From NCBI GenBank assembly GCA_964429135.1, contig CAYSAU010000017.1, positions 23,538 to 55,537 of the forward strand: a DNA stretch of 32,000 nucleotides. Direction: 5' to 3'. The translations under genes were made by a program, and so were the position numbers. The notes under the pieces were generated by a model. It did not search any database. It was not told where the DNA came from and saw only the letters and a list, made by a program, of their open reading frames with translations. The stretch comes from an uncultured Prolixibacteraceae bacterium. Lineage in GTDB: Bacteria > Bacteroidota > Bacteroidia > Bacteroidales > FEN-979. Shown here in pieces: positions 1 through 8,842 of the stretch. Each line of letters begins with the position of its first letter. Positions within the stretch are counted from its first letter, which is position 1.

Positions 1-844
1 AATGCGGACGGGCAATGCGAAGAATAGGATGCATCCTGGATTTGGTGAATTTTGAACTGATGCGTGAGAATTTCAAAGGCGCTTTTAGAAATGACCGCCT
101 CAGGCTCTGGGATTGATCATCAAAATAATCTCCTTTGCCTGATTGTTCAAAGTAAAAAGCATAATAATTCTTTCCACTGCTGTAAAATAAAGAGGCAAGG
201 ATTTTATTGGATCCAATGGGAATACTGTCCACCAATATTTCTTCGTATACCACTTTAAACCCATCGCCTTTCTGCAGGCCGTAAAAATCAACAGTCCAAG
301 CATAAATATCAGCCATGTGCATCCCCAGGTTCATATCAAGTTTGCCTTCAGAAAAGGCATTCCAAAGAGAAGAAGTGATTTGTCCGCTGGCGGTCTTCAC
401 ACGGGTCGTGACCTTTTTTTTATCACGGTAAACCCTCAGGGAATCCCGGAAATCATAAACCACAAATTCAATTTCATTGAGTTCATAGATAAAATATAAG
501 GTTTTCCGGGTAGAATCCTTTTTCGAAATCCTGGCAAAAGGTTGACCTGCTTTCAGTTTTTTTACATCAAAAACAGAGGTGGTTGTCTTCGCGATCTTGT
601 CAATCATTTGTGCTGATACGTATGGTGATAACAGCAGCGCGAGGTTTTGGTTATGGGATACTTTCCCCTGGTGAATATCCAGGCTATCGATGTTAATTTT
701 ATAGGCCATATGAGGTTTTGGAGGCGTATGCGGAATGGGAGTCTTTTGATGGATAACAAAAAAATAAACCAAGAGAAAAAGAATGATGACAGAGACAAAG
801 GTAAACGCTACAACAGTGGTAAATTTGAAATGAATTCCTGACAT
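1..844 (-). CDS. M23 family metallopeptidase (partial; C-terminus off the left edge)
   Basis: Reverse-strand reading from ATG at 844 is open to base 1: MSGIHFKFTTVVAFTFVSVIILFLLVYFFVIHQ... (TM anchor) ...VTTRVKTASGQITSSLWNAF...LGMHMADIYAWTVDFYGLQKGDGFKVVYEEILVDS...LRRSFLKAPLKFSRISSKFTKSRMHPILRIARP, the typical lead-in to the M23 catalytic domain. Absent from the supplied ORF track because it has no stop inside the window. Confidence 0.88.
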   Translation of the reverse strand, partial: MSGIHFKFTTVVAFTFVSVIILFLLVYFFVIHQKTPIPHTPPKPHMAYKINIDSLDIHQGKVSHNQNLALLLSPYVSAQMIDKIAKTTTSVFDVKKLKAGQPFARISKKDSTRKTLYFIYELNEIEFVVYDFRDSLRVYRDKKKVTTRVKTASGQITSSLWNAFSEGKLDMNLGMHMADIYAWTVDFYGLQKGDGFKVVYEEILVDSIPIGSNKILASLFYSSGKNYYAFYFEQSGKGDYFDDQSQSLRRSFLKAPLKFSRISSKFTKSRMHPILRIARPH

Positions 845-849
845 ATTGA

Positions 850-2007
850 TTAATTAAAAGAAAGGTTGATTTGTACTATTTCCGGCCTGTTTCCCAGTCG
901 GATAGGAGGTCCCCATGTGCCAAAACCAGTAGAAACGTAGATATGCGTTTTTCCAATTTGTTTATATCCCTGACTGACTTCATATATGGCAGATGTAATA
1001 TAATTCAACGGCCAAAGTTGCCCGTGGTGGGTATGACCCGACAACTGCAGATCAATGCCAAGGGCAGCGGATTGTTCCAAGTGAAAGGGCTGGTGGTCCA
1101 TCAGGATAACAGGGCGGGAGAGGTCTATTCCCTTCGTGAGAAAGGATAATTCTTTTCTGGGTTTTCCGGAGAATCTTGGTTTATCACGGTCATCCCGACC
1201 GATAAGGTAAAAACAATCATGGATGAGCAGGCAGGTATCTCGTAACATAGTAATTCCATGATTCGAGAGGTAGTTGATGGCAGATTCAGCGCCTCCGATA
1301 TATTCATGATTTCCGGGAATGGCAAAAACCCCTAAACGGCTTTTTATCCTTACCAGATCAGAACCCAGATCGTTGTGAATTACAGGAGCGAGATCTTCAT
1401 CTACCAGATCCCCGGCAAACAATACAATATCGGGTTGAAGCGCATTGATCGAGCTGACCAGACGACCAGCTTTACGATTGGCGATCAGGGTTCCCAGGTG
1501 AATGTCGGAGGCCATGACAATGTTGAGGGTTTTGTATCCCTCAACAGTTTTTTTGATGTGAAGGTTCAGTGTTTTTATCCTTGGTGTTCTTGCATTGATG
1601 AAGCCGGCCGCGACAATGACGGAGACCAGGATAACCGATGCCAAAAAAACCAACATCTTTGTTCTTGCGTAATCTGAGAAGAAAATCCGTGGGTAGCAAT
1701 GAAAAAAATGATTCACTACCCGGCTGATATCAAGAATCAGGACAATCAGAAAAAAATATAACATGAATGCCAGCCAGAATGACCCGATCCAGGTAATGAT
1801 CCCGGTAAACATACAGGGGCAGGTACGCTCGAGAATGCGGGCCAGGATAAAGGTCGATGCCATACTCCAGAACCCTATTGTAAACCATAATCTTCCGGAA
1901 CTTCCGGGGATAAACGCTTGCAGCCCGCGGATGAAAATGTAATAGTTGACCAGACCGTATATCAGGGTGACCAGGCTAAGGAAAATGATTAAAGCACTTA
2001 CTTTCAT
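850..2007 (-). CDS. Membrane-anchored calcineurin-like metallophosphoesterase (YkuE/YaeI-like)
   Basis: 385 aa; N-terminal TM helices followed by ASDIHLG, FAGDLVDED, GNHEY, MDHQP and LSGHTHHGQLWP metallophosphoesterase motifs. Confidence 0.9.
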   Translation of the reverse strand: MKVSALIIFLSLVTLIYGLVNYYIFIRGLQAFIPGSSGRLWFTIGFWSMASTFILARILERTCPCMFTGIITWIGSFWLAFMLYFFLIVLILDISRVVNHFFHCYPRIFFSDYARTKMLVFLASVILVSVIVAAGFINARTPRIKTLNLHIKKTVEGYKTLNIVMASDIHLGTLIANRKAGRLVSSINALQPDIVLFAGDLVDEDLAPVIHNDLGSDLVRIKSRLGVFAIPGNHEYIGGAESAINYLSNHGITMLRDTCLLIHDCFYLIGRDDRDKPRFSGKPRKELSFLTKGIDLSRPVILMDHQPFHLEQSAALGIDLQLSGHTHHGQLWPLNYITSAIYEVSQGYKQIGKTHIYVSTGFGTWGPPIRLGNRPEIVQINLSFN

Positions 2008-2099
2008 AAAATATTCCCGGCTTGAATTATTGCTGCAAAGATACTTTTTCGATGCTGATTATTTTTTAAATTTGAACAGATTAACCAACACTAAATTCT

Positions 2100-3836
2100 T
2101 TGGTCATGAATTCTGGGTTCTTTTTGACTTGGATTGATTATGTCATCATGATTGTTTATTTCGTTTTTGTGCTTGGTATCGGATGGGCCTTGAAACGGTT
2201 TATGAATACTGCCAATGCCTTTTTGGAAGCAGGACGTGCGATGCCTGCCTGGGTGGCTGGACTAGCTTTTATTTCTACAAACCTCGGCGCTTTAGAAGTG
2301 ATGGGTATGACGGGGTCAGGCGCTAAATACGGTATGCTTACCGCACATTTCTATTGGGTGGGGGCCATCCCTGCCATGGTTTTTCTGGCCCTCTTTATGA
2401 TGCCTTTTTACTACGGATCAAAAGCCAGATCCGTGCCAGAATACCTTAAACTAAGGTTCGATGAAAAAACCAGGGGTTTGAATGCTATACTGTTTGCCCT
2501 GATGACTATCCTCGCTTCCGGAATATCCATGTACGCCCTTGCCATTCTCCTGGAAAAAGTTCTTGGATGGAATTTCCATCTCAGCCTGATTTTATCTGCC
2601 GCCATTGTATTAGCATACACTTACCTGGGAGGACTTTCATCCGCCATCTATAATGAAGTTTTGCAATTTTTTATCATTGTTATCGGCCTATTGCCGGTCG
2701 TGATTCTGGCGCTATCTGATCTTGGAGGCTGGACTGGGATGAAAGAGCAGCTCTCACCCATAGTCGCGGAAAAAGGTTTTGCCCCTGATACCTGGACCAC
2801 TACCTGGAAATATACTGCCAGTGCAGCGTCCAATCCCCTGGGCGTGGAATGGTATGGCATCTTTGCAGGACTTGGATTTGTTCTTTCCTTCGGATATTGG
2901 TGTACGAACTTTCTGATCGTTCAACGTGCGATGTCAGCCGAATCACCGACCGCTGCCAGAAATACTCCACTTATCGGAGCCCTTCCGAAAATGTTTATTC
3001 CTTTTCTGATCATCGTTCCGGGTATTGCCGCCCTTGTGCTCCTGAATAAACCCGGGAGCGGTTTTTCCTTACCGGAAATTTCTCCCGGGCAATATAATTA
3101 TGATTATACCATCATCGCTTTGTTGAAGCAATACCTTCCGGCTGGTGTGCTCGGACTGGGGATTACAGCACTGCTGGCTTCATTCATGTCAGGTATGGCC
3201 GGAAATGTTTCTGCCTTTAATACGGTTTGGACTTACGATATATACCAGAGCTATATTCGCCCGTCCACAAATAAGAAAGAATCCGATGAGAAACATTATC
3301 TGCTGGTGGGCAGAATGGCAACGATTTTCGGGGTGGTGGTAAGCATAGCTGCAGCATATCTGGCAAGCCTTTTCGGAAATATTATGGATTTCCTGCAAAC
3401 CATTTTTTCCATGATCAATGCCCCCTTGTTTGCTGTTATTTTTTTGGGAATGTTCTGGAAAAGAACAACCGGACATGGCGCTTTTATCGGTTTGCTTTCA
3501 GGATTTATCATCGCCCTGTTACATCATGGCCTAACGGCTCCGCAAGGAGCAATCACACTCGTGAAAGGGGGATGGATCAGTCAACTTTATATTTATCCGG
3601 TCGAAATGGCCCAGAATTTCTGGACAGCTATCTTTGCCTTTACTTCTGCCACTGTTCTAACTATCGTCATCTCCTGCTCGACAAAACAACTGAAATCAGA
3701 TGAAGATCTTAAAGGCCTTGTCTATTCACTTACACCGAAATACAGGGAAGAACATGTGAACTGGTACTATCGTTCTTCCACACTTGCCGCGATTGTACTG
3801 ACTATAGCCATACTTCTAACGATATTATTCTGGTGA
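2100..3836 (+). CDS. Sodium:solute symporter family (SSS/SGLT-like) transporter
   Basis: 578 aa polytopic protein; ...NAFLEAGRAMPAWVAGLAFISTNLGALEVMGMTGSGAKYG..., YGSKARSVPEYLKLRFDEKTRGLNA, LGGLSSAIYNEVLQFFIIVIGLLPV are typical of SGLT-like SSS transporters. Confidence 0.9.
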   Translation: MVMNSGFFLTWIDYVIMIVYFVFVLGIGWALKRFMNTANAFLEAGRAMPAWVAGLAFISTNLGALEVMGMTGSGAKYGMLTAHFYWVGAIPAMVFLALFMMPFYYGSKARSVPEYLKLRFDEKTRGLNAILFALMTILASGISMYALAILLEKVLGWNFHLSLILSAAIVLAYTYLGGLSSAIYNEVLQFFIIVIGLLPVVILALSDLGGWTGMKEQLSPIVAEKGFAPDTWTTTWKYTASAASNPLGVEWYGIFAGLGFVLSFGYWCTNFLIVQRAMSAESPTAARNTPLIGALPKMFIPFLIIVPGIAALVLLNKPGSGFSLPEISPGQYNYDYTIIALLKQYLPAGVLGLGITALLASFMSGMAGNVSAFNTVWTYDIYQSYIRPSTNKKESDEKHYLLVGRMATIFGVVVSIAAAYLASLFGNIMDFLQTIFSMINAPLFAVIFLGMFWKRTTGHGAFIGLLSGFIIALLHHGLTAPQGAITLVKGGWISQLYIYPVEMAQNFWTAIFAFTSATVLTIVISCSTKQLKSDEDLKGLVYSLTPKYREEHVNWYYRSSTLAAIVLTIAILLTILFW

Positions 3837-3911
3837 AAAATTGTATTATATAACGTTGTTATCTAAGTACCTTATTACCATTTTTTAGAAATATCATAAC
3901 ATCAAATTAAA

Positions 3912-4175
3912 ATGGGCATTGACATCAAGTTTCCGATCGGATTAATGTTCTCAATTTTGGGACTCTTACTTACTTTTTTCGGCATTTTTACCCATGCCGA
4001 TCAGGATCTCTATTATCGTTCATTAGGCATCAATGTGAACCTTTGGTCGGGTATCGGAATGCTGGTATTTGGCCTGATTATGCTGTTACTTGCATTTTTT
4101 ACACGAAAGAAAAAAAATACAGGATATGAAATCAATCCAAAGGGCGTTTTTAAAGACACGGATCGGTTATCTTGA
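3912..4175 (+). CDS. Small hypothetical membrane protein (two predicted TM segments)
   Basis: 87 aa, hydrophobic segments FPIGLMFSILGLLLTFFGIF and LWSGIGMLVFGLIMLLLAFF, basic KKKNTG after the second. Confidence 0.6.
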   Translation: MGIDIKFPIGLMFSILGLLLTFFGIFTHADQDLYYRSLGINVNLWSGIGMLVFGLIMLLLAFFTRKKKNTGYEINPKGVFKDTDRLS

Positions 4176-4617
4176 AGTAATTGCTTCAGAGAAGGGGATC
4201 AAGGCTTTATCCTTTGTTAATTTCCGGGTCAGGATAACAAGGGTACCTCACGCACTCCGGGATTGTACCGATCAGTTGGAAGAGTATTTTCAGGGGACCA
4301 GGCAATCTTTTTCTCTCCCCCTGGATCTGGTTGGTACTCCTTTCCAGGAGAAAGTCTGGTTGGAAACCCTTAAAATCCCATACGGAGAAACCATATCCTA
4401 TATAGATCTGGCAAAAAAGATGGAAAACCCCAAAGCACTCAGGGCTGTTGGCGGTGCCAACGGAAGTAACCCGGTCTCTATTATCGTCCCCTGTCATAGG
4501 GTGATCGGAAAAGATGGTAAACTCTTGGGTTATGCCGGTGGCTTGTGGCGCAAGAAATGGTTGCTTGAACATGAGCATGCCTTTGCTCAACGTGATCTTT
4601 TCTATGGGAAGTACTAA
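4126..4617 (+). CDS. ogt: Methylated-DNA--[protein]-cysteine S-methyltransferase
   Basis: Active-site motif IIVPCHRVIGKDGKLLGYAGGLWRKKWLLEHE and upstream GETISYIDLAKKMENPKALRAVGGANGSNP. The ORF track starts at 4090; Met13 (4126) fits the family N-terminus better. Overlaps the end of the upstream small ORF. Confidence 0.92.
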   Translation: MKSIQRAFLKTRIGYLEVIASEKGIKALSFVNFRVRITRVPHALRDCTDQLEEYFQGTRQSFSLPLDLVGTPFQEKVWLETLKIPYGETISYIDLAKKMENPKALRAVGGANGSNPVSIIVPCHRVIGKDGKLLGYAGGLWRKKWLLEHEHAFAQRDLFYGKY

Positions 4618-4772
4618 TACTCATTCTCAGTTAGCATTTTAAACATATTGTACCGTCAAACCACGAACAGAAGGGTTTCACTGATTCCTGCCCTAAAGGA
4701 GTAAAATGCTAACTGGATTATCTGGTCAACTCTTAAATTTCACAAAAAAATATCAAAGTGTTAAAATTTTTG

Positions 4773-4798
4773 TATTTTTGTTTCGTTATTCTACGAAA
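4773..4798 (+). promoter_or_regulatory. Candidate Bacteroidota -7 box plus ArsR operator palindrome for the first ars operon
   Basis: TATTTTTG (4773-4780, matches TAnnTTTG) followed directly by the 18-bp palindrome TTTCGT-tattct-ACGAAA (4781-4798), 10 bp before the arsR1 ATG. Confidence 0.55.
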
Positions 4799-4808
4799 TA
4801 CAAAATAT

Positions 4809-5117
4809 ATGAGCACGAAAAGAAAATATTATACTGAATCCCAGGAGAAAATGTCCCGGTATGCGAAAGCCATTGCGCATCCGGCAAGGGTCTATATCCT
4901 AGACTTCCTTGCCGATAACATGGATAAGTGTTGTTACAGCGGCGACATGGCTGAAGATATCCCTATTGCCCGATCAACCCTTTCAGAACATCTGAAGGCA
5001 TTGAAGGAGGCTGGCCTCATCCAGGGAGAAATCAATCCTCCTTATATCAAATATTGTATCAACAAAACCAATTGGGATGAGGCCAGGGAGATGTTTGAGG
5101 ATTTTTTCGGAAAATGA
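4809..5117 (+). CDS. arsR: ArsR/SmtB-family metalloregulator (arsR1)
   Basis: AKAIAHPARVYILDFLADNMDKCCYSGDMAEDIPIARSTLSEHLKALKEAGLIQGEI wHTH; Cys pair in the helix-3 region. Start placed at Met18 of the track ORF (4809) because the upstream part overlaps the promoter/palindrome. Confidence 0.9.
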   Translation: MSTKRKYYTESQEKMSRYAKAIAHPARVYILDFLADNMDKCCYSGDMAEDIPIARSTLSEHLKALKEAGLIQGEINPPYIKYCINKTNWDEAREMFEDFFGK

Positions 5118-5148
5118 GATGATTTGAAGATTTAAAAACTAATTAGAT

Positions 5149-5382
5149 ATGGAAATAAAAATATTAGGCACGGGCTGTCCTAAATGCAAGACACTGGATA
5201 AACTCACCCACGAAGTGGTTGAAAAAAATAACATTGACGCCACCATTACAAAAGTGGAAGACATTATGGAAATCATGAAGTACGGGGTCATGTCAACGCC
5301 TGCACTGGTGGTTGATGGCAAAGTAATCCTTAAGGGACGTGTTCCTTCAGCAGAGGAAATCAAACAACTATTAACCAAATAA
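5149..5382 (+). CDS. Small thioredoxin-fold protein (MTH895/TM0996-like, CPKC)
   Basis: 77 aa, MEIKILGTGCPKCKTLDKL...GVMSTPALVVDGKVILKGRVPSAEEIKQLL; CxxC plus cis-Pro TPAL. Confidence 0.9.
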   Translation: MEIKILGTGCPKCKTLDKLTHEVVEKNNIDATITKVEDIMEIMKYGVMSTPALVVDGKVILKGRVPSAEEIKQLLTK

Positions 5383-5392
5383 AACGATTAAA

Positions 5393-5824
5393 ATGAGAAG
5401 AATTATCATTTTTTTTATGGCATTGGTCGTAGCAACCGGCATTTATGCTTGCACAGGTAGCTCATCCAACAATTTAAACGAAGCAGCATATATTGCTCCT
5501 GATAAAAAGATTGAGGTTTTCTATTTTCACTTTACCCGTCGGTGTATGACATGCAACAACGTGGAGAAAGTGTCCAAGGAGGCTGTTGAAAAACAGTTTG
5601 CAGCACAGGTGAAAAGGGGCGAGATTACATTTACAAGTGTCAACCTTGACGAAAAAGATGGTCAAGCAATAGGTGCAAAGTATAAAGTCGAAGGACAATC
5701 ACTGATCATCATTTCCGGTGATAAACGTGTTGACCTTACCGATAAGGGATTTATGTACGCTAACAACAGCCCGGAGAAACTGAAAGCGGAGATAAAGACA
5801 GCGGTGGAAGGCATGATGAAATAA
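5393..5824 (+). CDS. ArsF-like (nitrophenyl compound nitroreductase subunit ArsF family), putative lipoprotein
   Basis: Lipobox-like GIYAC near N-terminus, EVFYFHFTRRCMTCNNVEKVS motif with CxxC; located between a small thioredoxin and an ArsG-like permease. Confidence 0.75.
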   Translation: MRRIIIFFMALVVATGIYACTGSSSNNLNEAAYIAPDKKIEVFYFHFTRRCMTCNNVEKVSKEAVEKQFAAQVKRGEITFTSVNLDEKDGQAIGAKYKVEGQSLIIISGDKRVDLTDKGFMYANNSPEKLKAEIKTAVEGMMK

Positions 5825-5909
5825 TTAAAAGATATGGTGATGTGAAAATGATTTGTTCATTTAATCAACACTGCTACATCTCAATAAGCAATCATTAAAT
5901 CGTCAAATT

Positions 5910-6608
5910 ATGCAATGGTTACAAACCCTATTGGAAAATTCTCAATATGCAGCGCTTACAGCATTTATCCTGGGCTTGATGACGGCCATCAGCCCTTGTC
6001 CCTTGGCGACCAATATTTCTGCCATCGGTTTCATTAGCAGGGATATTGAAAACCGCAGACGGGTATTTGTCAAAGGCTTGGTTTACACGCTGGGACGTGC
6101 AGTTTCATATACAGGTCTGGGGTTTGTTTTGTTTTTTGGTGCAAGTAAAATGCATGTTACAATGCTTTTTCAGGGATGGGGTGAGAAAATCCTTGGGCCA
6201 TTGCTGATCATCATCGGATTGTTGATGCTCGATCTCATCAGGATAAAATTTCCCGGATTTTCAGGATTGACAGAAAAAATGGGAGAACACAGCAAACACA
6301 GCTACTGGGGAACATTGATGTTAGGAATGGTCTTTGCCATGGCATTTTGCCCTTACAGCGGCGTGCTCTACTTTGCCATGCTCATACCCATGACAATAAC
6401 CAGCGTAAGTGGACTGTATTTGCCAGTTGTCTTTGCCATTGCAACCGGGCTTCCTGTGATCATTTTTGCATGGTTGCTTGCCTATGCAGTAGGGAATGTA
6501 GGGAAACTATACAACCAGATTAAAACTTTCGAACTTTGGTTCCGCAGAGTTGTTGCTGTTCTATTCATTTTGGTGGGGATCTATTATATCTTGATTTTTC
6601 TGATCTAA
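5910..6608 (+). CDS. CcdA/DsbD-fold transporter, ArsG-like (aromatic aminobenzylarsenical efflux permease family)
   Basis: GLMTAISPCPLATNISAIGFISRDIENRR and GMVFAMAFCPYSGVLYFAMLIP: paired CP motifs in a six-TM CcdA-like scaffold, directly downstream of the ArsF-like gene. Confidence 0.8.
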   Translation: MQWLQTLLENSQYAALTAFILGLMTAISPCPLATNISAIGFISRDIENRRRVFVKGLVYTLGRAVSYTGLGFVLFFGASKMHVTMLFQGWGEKILGPLLIIIGLLMLDLIRIKFPGFSGLTEKMGEHSKHSYWGTLMLGMVFAMAFCPYSGVLYFAMLIPMTITSVSGLYLPVVFAIATGLPVIIFAWLLAYAVGNVGKLYNQIKTFELWFRRVVAVLFILVGIYYILIFLI

Positions 6609-6663
6609 AGATGTTAAAATTCGAAGATATAAGCCTGTATATATTTGATAATATCTTGCAATT

Positions 6664-7983
6664 ATGGAATTTAAGAAAGAAATAAAAATTCTGGGATGGT
6701 TGTTGGTGGGATTTTTGGCAGTGTTTTTTTTACCGTTGGGAAATCAAGTATTCAACACGGCTATTGATGCTACTCTGGACCTTTCCAAATGGTACGCTCG
6801 GGAGCATGTGGTGCTTTGCCTGCTGCCGGCTTTTTTGATTGCCGGGGTGATCTCAGTGTTTGTCAGCCAGGCCTCCGTGATCAAATACTTCGGAGCTAAA
6901 GCAAAAAAATGGGTAGCCTATACCGTGGCAGCGGTTTCTGGAACCATTCTGGCTGTTTGTTCCTGCACGATTTTACCCTTATTCTCCAGCATTCATAAAC
7001 GGGGAGCCGGATTAGGACCCGCCATCGCCTTTCTTTATTCAGGTCCGGCCATCAATATCCTGGCCATCATCCTTACAGCCAGGATTTTAGGATTTGAACT
7101 TGGTCTTGCCCGGGTGATTGGCGCTGTTCTCTTCAGTGTTATCATAGGATTGATCATGGCCTTCATATACCGGAAAGAAGAAAGAACGAAGGCAGAAGAA
7201 CAAATGAATTTCCCGGATATTCCGGAAACCCGTCCGCTTTGGCAAACTTCTTCCTTCTTTTTCACACTGGTACTGATACTGGTATTTGCCAACTGGGGAA
7301 AACCTGAGGCGGGAGAGACCACTGGGTTATGGTACCAGATATGGCACCTCAAATGGTTCATCACCGGGGCGTTCGGACTGATTCTGGGGGTTATTATGGT
7401 GACGGTATTGAAGCTGAAAAGCTGGCAGGTTGCCATGGCTGTTGTAGCTACCGGATTGACAGCCCTGCTTTTTCAAAACCCGATGATCTCTATGGTAAGT
7501 GGTATCGCGGCTGTAAGCATCATCAGTTTATTGGACAAGGCTCCAGAAAGTGAAAACCGTGAATGGATCCTTTCAAGCTGGGGATTTACCAAACAGATTG
7601 TTCCCCTGCTGGCTATCGGGGTAGTGATCGCCGGGTTTCTCCTGGGATCGACTCACGATGATGTGAGCATCCCCGGAGTGATCCCTAACACCTGGGTGGC
7701 CTGGCTGGTAGGAGGTAACTCCCTTTGGGCAAACCTATCTGCTTCCGTTATAGGGGCGTTCATGTATTTTGCCACCCTTACCGAAGTGCCTATTTTGCAA
7801 GGACTTATCGCTTCGGGGATGGGAAAAGGACCGGCACTGGCGCTGTTGTTGGCCGGACCTTCATTGTCGCTGCCCAATATGCTGGTGATCAGGGGGGTGA
7901 TTGGCATGCAAAAAACATTGGTATATGTAGTGACGGTGATTGTTCTATCGACGGTTGCAGGGTTGATTTTTGGAATGGTATAA
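6664..7983 (+). CDS. UPF0718-type permease (ArsP-like)
   Basis: 439 aa; ISVFVSQASVIKYFG...VAAVSGTILAVCSCTILPLFSSIHKRGAGLGPAIAFLYSGPAINILAIILTARILG; second half repeats the motif (ALLLAGPSLSLPNMLVI). Confidence 0.85.
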   Translation: MEFKKEIKILGWLLVGFLAVFFLPLGNQVFNTAIDATLDLSKWYAREHVVLCLLPAFLIAGVISVFVSQASVIKYFGAKAKKWVAYTVAAVSGTILAVCSCTILPLFSSIHKRGAGLGPAIAFLYSGPAINILAIILTARILGFELGLARVIGAVLFSVIIGLIMAFIYRKEERTKAEEQMNFPDIPETRPLWQTSSFFFTLVLILVFANWGKPEAGETTGLWYQIWHLKWFITGAFGLILGVIMVTVLKLKSWQVAMAVVATGLTALLFQNPMISMVSGIAAVSIISLLDKAPESENREWILSSWGFTKQIVPLLAIGVVIAGFLLGSTHDDVSIPGVIPNTWVAWLVGGNSLWANLSASVIGAFMYFATLTEVPILQGLIASGMGKGPALALLLAGPSLSLPNMLVIRGVIGMQKTLVYVVTVIVLSTVAGLIFGMV

Positions 7984-8074
7984 GATTAACAGGCTGAAAT
8001 TGCTTAACATGTGTTCATTACCAAGCTGAGGATGAATCAATTGAAAAATTAACCGTTATATATATCAATCACAT

Positions 8075-8842
8075 ATGAAAAAATCAATCGGTTTTATCGG
8101 CTGCGGGAGAGTTACCCGGATTATTCTGCAAGCTTTTCAGAACAAAGGGTTTACTACCCTTAAAGTCGTGGTGAGCGATACCAACAATGATGTGACTGCA
8201 AACCTTCAGCGCCTGTTCCCGTTTATTACCATTGCACCGGCTGAAGAGGCTGCGAAACAGTCAATTCTCTTCATCGCGCTGCACCCTCCGGTCATCATGG
8301 AAACCTTGGATAAATTAAAAGGGTTTATTTCCCCGGATGCCATTGTGATCTCCCTTGCCCCGAAGATCACCATCGAAATGATCTCTGGAAAATTGAACGG
8401 GTTGATTAAGGTAGCCAGGCTAATCCCCAATGCCACTTCAGTGATCAACGAAGGCTTCAATCCCGTTGCCTTTTCCAAAGGCTTCACGCCTAAGGAGGAT
8501 ATCCTTGACCTTTTGAGATTACTGGGCGATACTTTTGAAACAGAGGAATCCAAACTGGAAGCCTATGCCATCGTCTCTGCCATGTTGCCCACTTATTTCT
8601 GGTTTCAATGGCAGGAGTGTGTGAAGATTGGTGAACAGATTGGTTTGACAGGCGAAGAGTCGCGCCAGGCAGTAGCCGCAACCCTGGATAAAGCGATACA
8701 AACCTTGTTTTCATCTGGAATGACCTGCGATCAGGTCATCGATCTGATCCCGGTAAAGCCCCTCGGGGAGTACGAGAGGCAGATCAGAGAGATTTTCAAC
8801 ACAAAACTGATTGGTTTATTTGAAAAAATTCAACCAAAATGA
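8075..8842 (+). CDS. NAD(P)-binding oxidoreductase, divergent pyrroline-5-carboxylate reductase/F420-oxidoreductase-like
   Basis: Rossmann N-terminus KKSIGFIGCGRVTRIILQAF; HPPVIMETL, ARLIPNATSVINEGFN correspond to P5CR motifs, but the C-terminal P5CR signature is not recognisable. Confidence 0.7.
   Translation: MKKSIGFIGCGRVTRIILQAFQNKGFTTLKVVVSDTNNDVTANLQRLFPFITIAPAEEAAKQSILFIALHPPVIMETLDKLKGFISPDAIVISLAPKITIEMISGKLNGLIKVARLIPNATSVINEGFNPVAFSKGFTPKEDILDLLRLLGDTFETEESKLEAYAIVSAMLPTYFWFQWQECVKIGEQIGLTGEESRQAVAATLDKAIQTLFSSGMTCDQVIDLIPVKPLGEYERQIREIFNTKLIGLFEKIQPK

Noticed and set aside
64-798. Short ORFs in the first 800 bp listed by the track
   Set aside because: They sit under the M23 peptidase frame (minus strand, open from 844 to the edge), which the track omitted for lack of an in-window stop.
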